A stretch of DNA of 64,000 nt from an uncultured Isosphaeraceae bacterium (GTDB lineage: Bacteria; Planctomycetota; Planctomycetia; Isosphaerales; Isosphaeraceae): contig CAZRGV010000002.1 of assembly GCA_964599655.1 (NCBI GenBank), positions 44,983-108,982 of the forward strand. Direction: 5' to 3'. Below the pieces are notes generated by a model. It ran no database searches, was not told where the DNA came from, and saw only the letters and a program-made list of their open reading frames with translations. The translations under genes were made by a program, and so were the position numbers. Shown here piece after piece: positions 53,432-62,112 of the stretch. Positions within the stretch are counted from its first letter, which is position 1, and each line of letters begins with the position of its first letter.

Positions 53432-55651
53432 ATGTCGACCTACGTCCAGGCCGATCGGCCCTTGAAGGTGACGACCCCCCTGGGGCCGGACGTCCTGTTG
53501 CTCCGGGGGCTCTCGGGTTACGAGGCCATCTCGCAACTCTTCCGCTTCCAGCTCGACCTGATGGCCGAAAATGGCACCTCGGTCCCCTTCGACAAGCTGC
53601 TCGGCCAGAAGATCTCTACGCGACTCCTGCTGCCCGACCAGAAGTCCCGCTACTTCAACGGCATCTGCAGCAGAATCAGCGAGGGACACCGCGACGCAAC
53701 CTTCACCTACTACACCATGGAGGTCGTCCCTCAGTTCTGGTTCCTGACCCGCAAGGCCCAGAGCCGGATCTTCCAGCAGAAGAGCGTGCCCGACATCCTC
53801 AAGGAGGTCCTCACCGGGCTCGACGTCGCCTACGAGCTGCAAGGAACCTTCCTACCCCGCGACTACTGCGTCCAATATCGCGAAACCGACTTCAACTTCG
53901 CCTGCCGGCTCATGGAAGAAGAAGGGATTTTCTTCTTCTTCAAGCACACCAGCGGCGGCCACCAGATGGTCGTCGCCAACTCCCCGCAGAGTCACCCCGA
54001 TCTTCCCGAAAAGAGCACGATCGAGTTCGAGCAGTCCGAGGTCGGCGAACGGCAGGCCGATCGTATCATCGCCTGGGAAAAAGTTCAGGAACTCCGGTCG
54101 GGCAAGTATACCCTCTGGGACCACTGCTTCGAGCTGCCCCACAAGCACCTCGAAGCCGACAAGCTGATCCAGGACAGCGTCTCGGTGGGCACCGTCAGCC
54201 ACAAGCTGAAGGTCGGCAACAACGACAAGCTGGAACTCTACGACTACCCCGGCGAGTACGCCCAGCGCTTCGACGGCATCAACCCCAGCGGCGGCGACCG
54301 GTCTTCTGATATTGAACATATCTTTGAAGATAACAAGCGAACTGTCGAGATTCGGATGCAGGAAGAGGCCGCCGCCGGCCTCCAGATCCGGGGCGCCAGC
54401 CACTGCCGATACCTCGTCAGTGGGCACAAGTTCACCCTCGACCGCCACTTCGACGCCGATGGTTCCTACGTCGTCACCGGCGTCCAGCACAGCGCCAGGC
54501 TGGGCAACGACTACCGATCCGGCTCCGAGGACGAGGAGTTCTTCTACCAGAACAGCTTCACCTGCATCCCGCTCGCCCTGCCGTTCCGCCCCAGACGGGT
54601 CACCCCCAAGCCGATCGTGCAAGGAACCCAGACGGCCGTCGTCGTCGGACCGGCCGGCGAGGAAATCTTCCCGGACAAGTACAGCCGCGTGAAGGTCCAG
54701 TTTCACTGGGATCGCCAGGGGCAGAATGACACCAACAGCTCGTGCTGGGTCCGGGTCGGCACCCCCTGGGCCGGCAAGAACTGGGGTATGATCCACATCC
54801 CTCGAATCGGCCAGGAGGTCATCGTCGCCTTCCAGGAAGGCGACCCCGATCAGCCGATCATCGTCGGCAGCGTCTACAACGCCGACATGATGCCCCCCTA
54901 CACGCTGCCCGACAACAAGACCCAGAGCGGCATCAAGAGCCGAAGCTCCTTGAAGGGGACGACCGATAACTTCAACGAGCTCCGGTTCGAAGATAAGAAA
55001 GACTCCGAGCAGATTTACTTCCACGCCGAGAAAAACTTCGATCGCGTCGTCGAGAACAACGACACCCTCAAGGTCGGCTTCGAGAAGAAGGACAAGGGCG
55101 ACCGCACGATCGAGATCTTCAACAACGAGACCCAGACCATCGGCGCCGGCAAGACCAACGCCGCCGACGGCAGCCATAGCCTCACCGTCTTCAACAACCA
55201 GACGATCAAGGTCGGCGACGCTTCGGCCTCGGGCAGCAGCCAGACGACCACCATCTACAAGGATCGCACCGCGACGATCCAGACCGGCAACGAGACGCTG
55301 ACCGTCCAGCAGGGCAACCGCACCGTCAACGTCGACACCGGCAACGATACTCACAAGATCAAGATGGGCAATCGTGACGTCCAGATTGATATGGGCAACG
55401 ATACCCTGACAATCAAGATGGGCAACCAGACCACCAAGCTCAACCTGGGCAAGAGCACCACCGAGGCCATGCAGGCGATCGAGCTGAAGGTGGGCCAGAG
55501 CTCCATCAAAATCGACCAGATGGGGGTGACGATCCAGGGGATGATGGTCAAGGTTCAGGGTCAGGTCCAGACCGAGATCAAGGGCCTGATCACACAAGTC
55601 AATGGCGATGCCATGCTCAAAATGGGCGGCGGCATCACGATGATCGGCTGA
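53432..55651 (+). CDS. vgrG: Type VI secretion spike protein VgrG (TssI)
   Basis: LSQLFRFQLDLMAENG, FHWDRQGQNDTNSSCWVRVGTPWAGKNWGMIHIPRIGQEVIVAFQEGDPDQPIIVGSVYN, and C-terminal GN.T beta-helix repeats. Start reset to ATG 53432. Confidence 0.9.
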   Translation: MSTYVQADRPLKVTTPLGPDVLLLRGLSGYEAISQLFRFQLDLMAENGTSVPFDKLLGQKISTRLLLPDQKSRYFNGICSRISEGHRDATFTYYTMEVVPQFWFLTRKAQSRIFQQKSVPDILKEVLTGLDVAYELQGTFLPRDYCVQYRETDFNFACRLMEEEGIFFFFKHTSGGHQMVVANSPQSHPDLPEKSTIEFEQSEVGERQADRIIAWEKVQELRSGKYTLWDHCFELPHKHLEADKLIQDSVSVGTVSHKLKVGNNDKLELYDYPGEYAQRFDGINPSGGDRSSDIEHIFEDNKRTVEIRMQEEAAAGLQIRGASHCRYLVSGHKFTLDRHFDADGSYVVTGVQHSARLGNDYRSGSEDEEFFYQNSFTCIPLALPFRPRRVTPKPIVQGTQTAVVVGPAGEEIFPDKYSRVKVQFHWDRQGQNDTNSSCWVRVGTPWAGKNWGMIHIPRIGQEVIVAFQEGDPDQPIIVGSVYNADMMPPYTLPDNKTQSGIKSRSSLKGTTDNFNELRFEDKKDSEQIYFHAEKNFDRVVENNDTLKVGFEKKDKGDRTIEIFNNETQTIGAGKTNAADGSHSLTVFNNQTIKVGDASASGSSQTTTIYKDRTATIQTGNETLTVQQGNRTVNVDTGNDTHKIKMGNRDVQIDMGNDTLTIKMGNQTTKLNLGKSTTEAMQAIELKVGQSSIKIDQMGVTIQGMMVKVQGQVQTEIKGLITQVNGDAMLKMGGGITMIG

Positions 55652-55670
55652 CGTCGAACGGGGCACGACC

Positions 55671-56345
55671 ATGGCCGAATCGAAGCAAGATTCCATCACA
55701 ATAGCAACCGCCGCCGAGGTCTGTCGGGACGTCCTCCTCGGCGAGGAGGCGGCCTCGCTCCTAGACGGCCAGCAGACCCCTCGCCAGTTTCTCGGCCTGC
55801 TGATCGAGCGGGAACTCTACACCGACGCGGCGAGGTTTCTGGCTCGCGCCTTGCCGAAGCGGGAGGCGGTGTGGTGGGCCTGCCGTTGTGCCCGGATGGT
55901 CTCCTCCGCCGCGCCGGGGCCAGGTTCCTCGCCGGTCGCCGAGGCCCTCGACGCCGCCGAACGATGGGTAGCCGACCCGAGCGAGGAGAATCGACGGGCG
56001 TCCGCCGAAGCGGCCGGGCGCGCCGGCGTCGAGACCCCCGCCGGTTGCGCCGCCATGGCCGCCTTCTGGAGCGGCGGCAGCCTCGCCCCGCCCGACCTGC
56101 CCGAGGTGCCGCCCGCCGAGTTCCTCACGGCCCGAGGGGTCGCCGGCGCCGTGCTCCTGGCCGGCGTCATCACCGAGCCCCACAAGGCCCCCGAACGCTA
56201 TCAACAGTATCTCAAACTGGGCCTGGCCGTCGCCGACGGCCGGGAACGCTGGAACGAAGCGGGCGCCAAGCCCGAACCAGCCGCGAAACCTTCGCCTTCG
56301 ACGCGAAGGACCTCCAGGGGCCGGTTCCTCGATACCTGGGAGTAA
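55671..56345 (+). CDS. Hypothetical all-helical protein between vgrG and PAAR (candidate T6SS adaptor/chaperone)
   Basis: 224 aa, no TM helix or signal peptide, Ala/Glu/Arg-rich, with motifs KREAVWWACRCARM and AMAAFWSGGS. 19 nt after vgrG and 15 nt before PAAR. Family not confidently recognised. Confidence 0.6.
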   Translation: MAESKQDSITIATAAEVCRDVLLGEEAASLLDGQQTPRQFLGLLIERELYTDAARFLARALPKREAVWWACRCARMVSSAAPGPGSSPVAEALDAAERWVADPSEENRRASAEAAGRAGVETPAGCAAMAAFWSGGSLAPPDLPEVPPAEFLTARGVAGAVLLAGVITEPHKAPERYQQYLKLGLAVADGRERWNEAGAKPEPAAKPSPSTRRTSRGRFLDTWE

Positions 56346-56360
56346 TCGGAGTCCACCACC

Positions 56361-56660
56361 ATGCCACAGCCCGCGGCTCGTGTCGGCGACATGCACGTCT
56401 GCCCGATGGTCACGCCCGGGGTCCCGCCGATCCCCCACGTCGGCGGCCCAATCCTGCCGCCAGGAGCCATTCTCGTCCTGATCGGCGGCCTGCCCGCGGC
56501 CAGGGTCGGCGACATGGCCACCTGCGTCGGCCCGCCCGACGTGATCGCCCTCGGCAGCTTCAAGGTCCTGATCGGCGGCCAGCCCGCCGCTCGCATGGGC
56601 GACTTGACGGCGCACGGCGGCTCGATCGTCATGGGTTGCCCGACGGTGCTCATCAACTGA
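56361..56660 (+). CDS. PAAR-domain protein (T6SS spike tip)
   Basis: Three PAAR-type repeats AARVGDMHVCP, AARVGDMATCV and AARMGDLTAHGG in a 99-aa protein. Confidence 0.9.
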   Translation: MPQPAARVGDMHVCPMVTPGVPPIPHVGGPILPPGAILVLIGGLPAARVGDMATCVGPPDVIALGSFKVLIGGQPAARMGDLTAHGGSIVMGCPTVLIN

Positions 56661-56738
56661 ACCGGCCCGGCCGTCGGCCGTCGAGCCCCTCGGACCCGCT
56701 CAGTCCTTTTTCGAATCCTGACCAGACGGTCGGGGAGC

Positions 56739-57887
56739 GTGTCGATCATGTCGGAACCAAAACAGTGTCGAAGCGTCCTGGCCTCCGCCCACGAGACCGT
56801 CGTCCTCGGGTTCGAGCTGGTCGGGGCCACCGCCCAGAACCTCCCCGACCTGATCTGGCAGGCGCTCGGATCCTCGCAGGTGCAGAAGGCCATCCGCTCG
56901 GCCCTCGATGAGGAAGCCCAGCGCCTGCTTCGAGAGCATCCCGAGGCCCGGTTCGGCGAGACCGTTCCCCAGGACGCCTCGCAGGCCCAGGCCTTTGCGA
57001 AGCGGCTGGGCGAACGCGCCGTCGATGCCGTCGAATCGAAGGTTCTCTCGGAGGTCGAGAGCAGTCCCGAGGCGAAGAAGCTCCGCAAGGCGGCCGAGCA
57101 GTTGCTTCACGATTTCGATTGCAGCGCCATGGGCGTGTGGGTCAACCAGAACCGCACGTGGCTCTACATCGTCGGCGGCGTTCTGGCCGTGGCCGGCGGC
57201 GCAGCCATGTACATCGCTCGATGGGGTGATCCGGCCGGTCAGCTCGTCCAGGGCAAGGCGATCCAGTTCAACCTTGGCAAGCTCAGCCTCAGCGGCCAGC
57301 TCAGCCGGTTCGAGCCGTCGTCACGGACCGTCGGCGCCGAGATCACCCTGTCGACCGACTGGACTCCCGCCCCAACCGGCTCACAACGAGGCCAGGCCCG
57401 CTTGACGATCGCCGGCCTGGCCAGCGGCTCGAACAGGAAGGCCTCCGCCGACGGTCAAGCGGTCATCCCGCTCGGCCACCATGTCAGCGGCGTGCTCTCG
57501 GCCAGGCTCGATTTGCGGGACGACCTGGAACGGGGCCCGACGGGAACCTCAACACCTCGACTGCTCACTCTCTCGCCCAGTCTCGGCCTTCGGATGTCGG
57601 ACCAGGGGCTGTCGGTCAACATTTTGACTGGTTTTCATTACGATATCATCGCGCCGGGAACAAGCCCGGCCTTCAACCCGTTCGCGGGCCTGTCGCTGGG
57701 TCTCGACCGCCGCCTGGGACCGGTCCGGACCCAGTTCTCCGCCGACGTGCAACTCAGCACCAACGGACGCCCGGGCGCCCCTGGCTTCGAACGTTCTCGC
57801 CTCCCAGGCCCGATCGCCACCGATCCGCCGGCCAACCATCCCGGAGCGGCGTTCCAGATGGGGGCCACGCTCAAGCTCCTGTTCTAG
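56739..57887 (+). CDS. Hypothetical 382-aa protein: helical N-domain, one TM helix, beta-rich C-domain ending ..LKLLF (candidate T6SS cargo or accessory)
   Basis: Last gene of the vgrG operon. Hydrophobic segment TWLYIVGGVLAVAGGAAMYIA, alternating-pattern strands in the C-terminal 220 aa, and an aromatic C-terminus. No family recognised. Confidence 0.6.
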   Translation: MSIMSEPKQCRSVLASAHETVVLGFELVGATAQNLPDLIWQALGSSQVQKAIRSALDEEAQRLLREHPEARFGETVPQDASQAQAFAKRLGERAVDAVESKVLSEVESSPEAKKLRKAAEQLLHDFDCSAMGVWVNQNRTWLYIVGGVLAVAGGAAMYIARWGDPAGQLVQGKAIQFNLGKLSLSGQLSRFEPSSRTVGAEITLSTDWTPAPTGSQRGQARLTIAGLASGSNRKASADGQAVIPLGHHVSGVLSARLDLRDDLERGPTGTSTPRLLTLSPSLGLRMSDQGLSVNILTGFHYDIIAPGTSPAFNPFAGLSLGLDRRLGPVRTQFSADVQLSTNGRPGAPGFERSRLPGPIATDPPANHPGAAFQMGATLKLLF

Positions 57888-57916
57888 CCGATATGGCATG
57901 AAACTACTGCCACTCA

Positions 57917-58948
57917 TTAAACATTGCAAGTAAACACAGCTTGATCCGCATCACTCGTGAATGGTCTACTCTTGAGCCAGGCGTGACGTCCCAGCCTCGG
58001 CCCCGGTCCGGCGGGACCGGCCGAGAGCTGGCACGCGGGAACGTCCTCGGCCTTGAGAATCAGTTGCACGTCGAAGACGAACTCGCCGTCGACGTAAAGG
58101 CGGGTCAACTGGGCCAGGGCGCGGAAGTGGCGTCCATCGGGGGAGAGGGCCAGGAACCGCTCGAAGTCGAGGGGACCGATCCGGAGGCGGAACTTGCTCT
58201 GTTCGTCCCAGACCCGGCTCCCCAGGACCAGGCTGGTTCCCAGGCCGTTGTTGACGCCCGAGGCCCCCAGCGACGAGCGGTCGGCCGGTTCCAGGTGCAG
58301 CCAGTGCCCCTCGAACTGGCGGACCTCGACGGGCAGGCCAAAATGGTCCGCCAGCAACCGCTGGAGCGAGACGGCGGGACGGTGTCGCTTCGAGAACAGG
58401 CCCGCGTAGAAGAGCAGGGCCCCGTCGGGAAACTCGTGACGGTTCCGCAAAGACTCCAGGCCCAGGCCGATCAGGTCGAACAGCGCTCGAGAGGGACGGT
58501 CCTCGAGGCCCTCCTCGAACGCCAGGAAGGGACGATACTTGGACCAGGCCCGATAGAACAGCGAGATCAGGCGATGATGAAACAGGTCGAGGAAGCTGGC
58601 CAGGGTCCGATCGCCGGCGCGCGCTCGATCGATCACGAGCTCGGTATAACAGTACGGCAGAACCGCCAACGGTCCGGTCAGGCCCAGGAACGCGACGGTC
58701 ATCTCGGGCGGACTCTCGGGGTCGTCGAGCCGCTTCAAGCGGTGGATCTCGCTGGCGGGGAACGCCAGCGTCTGGTGCACCGAAAACCGCACCGCTTCGC
58801 GCTGGGGCGGCCCGTTCCGGCCAACCGGCTCGCGGTCGGGGGCCAGACGTTCCAGCAGCCGAACCGCCTGGAAGAAGTCGAATCCTGGAGCGTTCTGGAA
58901 GAGCAGCCGCTCTAGAGGAGCGTCCGGTCGCCCGCGCGCGGTGGCCAT
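57917..58948 (-). CDS. tssG: Type VI secretion baseplate protein TssG
   Basis: N-terminal FDFFQAVRLLERL signature and 343-aa length. Overlaps the tssF 3' end. Confidence 0.85.
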   Translation of the reverse strand: MATARGRPDAPLERLLFQNAPGFDFFQAVRLLERLAPDREPVGRNGPPQREAVRFSVHQTLAFPASEIHRLKRLDDPESPPEMTVAFLGLTGPLAVLPYCYTELVIDRARAGDRTLASFLDLFHHRLISLFYRAWSKYRPFLAFEEGLEDRPSRALFDLIGLGLESLRNRHEFPDGALLFYAGLFSKRHRPAVSLQRLLADHFGLPVEVRQFEGHWLHLEPADRSSLGASGVNNGLGTSLVLGSRVWDEQSKFRLRIGPLDFERFLALSPDGRHFRALAQLTRLYVDGEFVFDVQLILKAEDVPACQLSAGPAGPGPRLGRHAWLKSRPFTSDADQAVFTCNV

Positions 58949-60738
58949 CGCCTCAATACCCCTTCCCGCTGCTTCGTCCTGGCCACAAGCTGGCTGAACG
59001 AGTTAATTGATGTATACATACCAAAAAAGCGCTCGAGAACGCTGGCCAGCAGGAAGACACCGCTGCCGACGAAATGCGACTCGTCGAATTCGACGGTCAT
59101 CTCCATACCCAGGCAGACGGCGTTGCCGATTCCTCGGCCGGTGCGACCAGCGGTGCGACGACTCGAGACGGCGGTGATTCCCTCGATCTGCTGCCGGGTC
59201 ACGGCGCTATCGGCGAAGTCGTAGAGCCGCAGGATCGTCCTTAGCGAGTCGAGTCCTTGTTCATTGTCGGTCAGCGACAGGTGGTTAAGCGATAGATGAG
59301 AGATCAGGCTCCATTGCAGACCTCGACCGAGCCTGGGCCGCGCGGGGGAGGTGGGCTTTCGAAGACATCGAACCCGGTTGACCGGTCCCGGCGCGGCGAG
59401 TTGGAAGTCTCCCTGCTCACCTCCGAACGGCAGTTTGGAGGGGAGGTCGCGGTTGGTGGCGGTGGCCCTCACGGTGATCGTCTCGGCCGCCGGCCGCTTC
59501 GGTGTGAAGGCCGGATCGACGAACGCCAGGTAGACCTCGCTGCCGGCATCTCCCTTGCGCTGGGAGGGGCGGCGGGTCGCGAACCAGTAGGCTTGCTTGC
59601 CGGCGTCTCCCTGACCATGTCGCAGGGCATAGAACGGCTCGTAGTGCACCGGTTCGTCGAGATAGGCACCGCTGCTGGTCACCGAGTCGATCGAGTAGAC
59701 CTCGGTCGCCGACGGCCGGTGCACGTCGGGCACGACCCGGTACTCGGCCCTCGCCTGGGTCAACGCGATCGGCTCGCAAACGATGGGGAAGAGGTTGACG
59801 ACCGGAGTGCAGCCCAGTCGGAAGTTATCGGCGTCGACCTGGACCTCGGCCCTCGGCGATCGATCCAGGAAGAAGAGTAGGTCGATCGATTCGCCCCAGT
59901 CGCGGCCCGCCAATCGTTCGAGCCCGGTCAGATCAAAGAAGAGGAATTTCTCGGGCAGGGCGAAGTATTCCTGGATCAGGCGATAACCGGGGAACGACCG
60001 GGCGGGGTAGGGAAACATTCCCTCGTCGGGTCCAAAGCCGACCGGCTGCAATGCCCCCCTGGGCAGCGCCACGGATTCGACCTGACCGTGACCACGTGCG
60101 CTCTGCACCACCACAAGACAGTTGTGATTGAACAGAGCCTCATAAATTGCATGGGATATGGTCGGCTCGCTATCGATGTAGAATCGCAGGCGATCGAGCT
60201 TGAGCTGACCGAAGGTCAGGCCGCCGAGCACACGGAGGCGGATCTGCAAGAGCGCGACCGCTTCGGGGGGTTTGCCGGGCACGACGACCCGGTCGTGCTG
60301 CAAGCGAGCCGACTCGACCTCGATCGGCCAGAGGGTCACCGGGTAGGTCGATCGAAACAGACAGGCCGACCCGGCGACGGGCTTGGAGGCCAGTTCGGCC
60401 CCTCGGGGAATGGTGTAACCTTCGACCAGGCGGCCGGGGTCGGGGCCAGGGCGCATCTGGACCACGGACATCGACGGCAAGGGGCGCAGGTAGTGAGGGT
60501 AGAGCACCTCCAGCATCGCCTGGGCAATCTCGGGGTACTCGTCGTCGAGCTTCTGCTTGATCCGGGCGGTCAGGAAGGCGAACCCCTCGAGCAACCGCTC
60601 GACGTGCGGATCCTCGCACTTGTCGGACTCCAGCAGCAGGCGGCCGGCGATCTTGGGATACCTCTCGGCGAACTGGGCTCCCAGCTCGCGAAGGTAGGAG
60701 AGCTCGCCGTTGTAATAGGCCAGCAGGTCGTCGTCCAT
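58912..60738 (-). CDS. tssF: Type VI secretion baseplate protein TssF
   Basis: LLAYYNGELSYLRELGAQFAERYPKIAGRL and EDPHVERLLEGFAFLTARI signatures, 608 aa. Confidence 0.9.
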   Translation of the reverse strand: MDDDLLAYYNGELSYLRELGAQFAERYPKIAGRLLLESDKCEDPHVERLLEGFAFLTARIKQKLDDEYPEIAQAMLEVLYPHYLRPLPSMSVVQMRPGPDPGRLVEGYTIPRGAELASKPVAGSACLFRSTYPVTLWPIEVESARLQHDRVVVPGKPPEAVALLQIRLRVLGGLTFGQLKLDRLRFYIDSEPTISHAIYEALFNHNCLVVVQSARGHGQVESVALPRGALQPVGFGPDEGMFPYPARSFPGYRLIQEYFALPEKFLFFDLTGLERLAGRDWGESIDLLFFLDRSPRAEVQVDADNFRLGCTPVVNLFPIVCEPIALTQARAEYRVVPDVHRPSATEVYSIDSVTSSGAYLDEPVHYEPFYALRHGQGDAGKQAYWFATRRPSQRKGDAGSEVYLAFVDPAFTPKRPAAETITVRATATNRDLPSKLPFGGEQGDFQLAAPGPVNRVRCLRKPTSPARPRLGRGLQWSLISHLSLNHLSLTDNEQGLDSLRTILRLYDFADSAVTRQQIEGITAVSSRRTAGRTGRGIGNAVCLGMEMTVEFDESHFVGSGVFLLASVLERFFGMYTSINSFSQLVARTKQREGVLRRWPPRAGDRTLL

Positions 60739-60740
60739 GC

Positions 60741-61226
60741 TCAGTCGCCTTGCACCACGAACGCCTTGGTCGGCAGTTCCAGGACCGAGTCGAAGCTGAT
60801 CGCCTCGGGGGTCGGCTTGACGTCGAGCACCGCGTCGATGCGGAACCGGAGACCGCGATCGAGCGCTCCCCCCTCGACCAGAGTCACCACGACCTGCGTC
60901 AGCCGGGGCTCGAACCGGGCGACGACGTTCTCGATGGCACGTTGCAAGGCCGCGCGATCACCGGGATTGACCAGGCTGGAATGTGTGAAGTCAGGTAAAC
61001 CATAAGTTAATACAGATGTTTTAAGTTGTGTTAAACCATGGGGAATATCGACCACGAGCCGCCGGCTATTCAGCAGCCACTCCAGATCGCGCCGGACCGA
61101 CTGCTTGATGTCCGAAAGCCGGGCGACCCGACGCGACTCGGGCTCGGTGGAAACTCTCGGCTCGTGGTCGATCAGGCGGTCGATCACCGAGGGGAGCAGT
61201 TCCTGGTTCGGATCGGGTGATGGCAT
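60741..61226 (-). CDS. tssE: Type VI secretion baseplate protein TssE (gp25-like)
   Basis: LLPSVIDRLID and IKQSVRRDLEWLLNSRR motifs. Start reset to ATG 61226. The stop lies 2 nt before the tssF start. Confidence 0.85.
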   Translation of the reverse strand: MPSPDPNQELLPSVIDRLIDHEPRVSTEPESRRVARLSDIKQSVRRDLEWLLNSRRLVVDIPHGLTQLKTSVLTYGLPDFTHSSLVNPGDRAALQRAIENVVARFEPRLTQVVVTLVEGGALDRGLRFRIDAVLDVKPTPEAISFDSVLELPTKAFVVQGD

Positions 61227-61399
61227 GACGCATTCTCGTCGGACGTTTGCCCCGCGCACGACACGAAGGCCGAGGGTGGTTTGCCCCCCGGCCTTCCGTT
61301 GCGGGCCTGGAACCGGCCCGTCTAACCTCGCGGCGGGATCGGGTCCGGCCGCCCTTGCCCGGCTGTTGGTTCCCGCGGGGCAGGGGGGGCGGACGACGG

Positions 61400-61888
61400 T
61401 TACTTGGTCTTGGCCGTCCGCTGATCCCAGACGCCCGTGCCCGCCAGCTTGGTGGTTCCCTTCTCGTCTCCCTGGACGTGATACTTCTCGGTGATCTTGG
61501 CGAAGTTGAGGCTCATCGACTCGATCGGCACCTCGTCGCCGCTGCCGCCGGTCTGGTAGCTGGAGATGACCACGTCCTCCAGCTCGATTTCCAGATACTT
61601 TTGCGCCGCGTCGCCCGCTGACTTGAGGCAGGTCAAGGTCGCCTTGTCAATATGTTCGCCACTGGCACACTTTTGCATCAGCTTGGGCGACGCCTCGCAC
61701 TGCCGGAACGAAACCGACAGGTCCTGGAGGTTAGACTTGGCCGCCGTGCCACCCGTGCCGTAGGCGAAGCCGCCGGCCTGGGACACGCCCCAGCTGAAAC
61801 TCAGAACCTCGATCTGACCCGTGTAGCCGTCCTGCTTCGACTCACCCTTGATCTCGGGCTCGAACTTCAAGAAATAATTGGCCGCCAT
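61400..61888 (-). CDS. hcp: Type VI secretion tube protein Hcp (TssD)
   Basis: MAANYFLKFEPEIKGESKQDGYTGQIEVLSFSWGVSQ and ESMSLNFAKI. GGAGAGG lies upstream of ATG 61888. 162 aa. Confidence 0.9.
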   Translation of the reverse strand: MAANYFLKFEPEIKGESKQDGYTGQIEVLSFSWGVSQAGGFAYGTGGTAAKSNLQDLSVSFRQCEASPKLMQKCASGEHIDKATLTCLKSAGDAAQKYLEIELEDVVISSYQTGGSGDEVPIESMSLNFAKITEKYHVQGDEKGTTKLAGTGVWDQRTAKTK

Positions 61889-62112
61889 GGTTGTCCTCTC
61901 CCTTTGTGTTTGACCGTGCCACTCGCCTCGTTCTTGCCGGGAGCCCATTCTCCCGTCCTGACGCCACTAACTACGCCACGCCTGGAACGTCGTGACGTCT
62001 TTTCACAACGAAAAAGTCCGCTCCCTCGGCGAATCATTTGGATGCATGCGCGGATTGAGCCGCTCCGGCACGTCATGTGCGGTGGAGCGGCAACCCGCCC
62101 ATCCGCTCGGGG

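Noticed and set aside
57888-57916. Short inverted repeat TGGCA-N9-TGCCA between the convergent orf382 and tssG stops as a bidirectional terminator
   Set aside because: The stem is only 5 bp in an AT-rich context with no flanking T-runs, which is too weak to call.
44887-58915. Other long shadow ORFs: 44887-46635(+), 48089-49165(-), 48250-49200(+), 50393-51721(-), 53852-55699(-), 55761-56615(-), 57941-58915(+), 62348-63307(-)
   Set aside because: Each overlaps, on the opposite strand or in another frame, a gene with clear family signatures (STK, FG-GAP, beta-helix, VgrG, TssG, TssC). Each also has junk-like composition.
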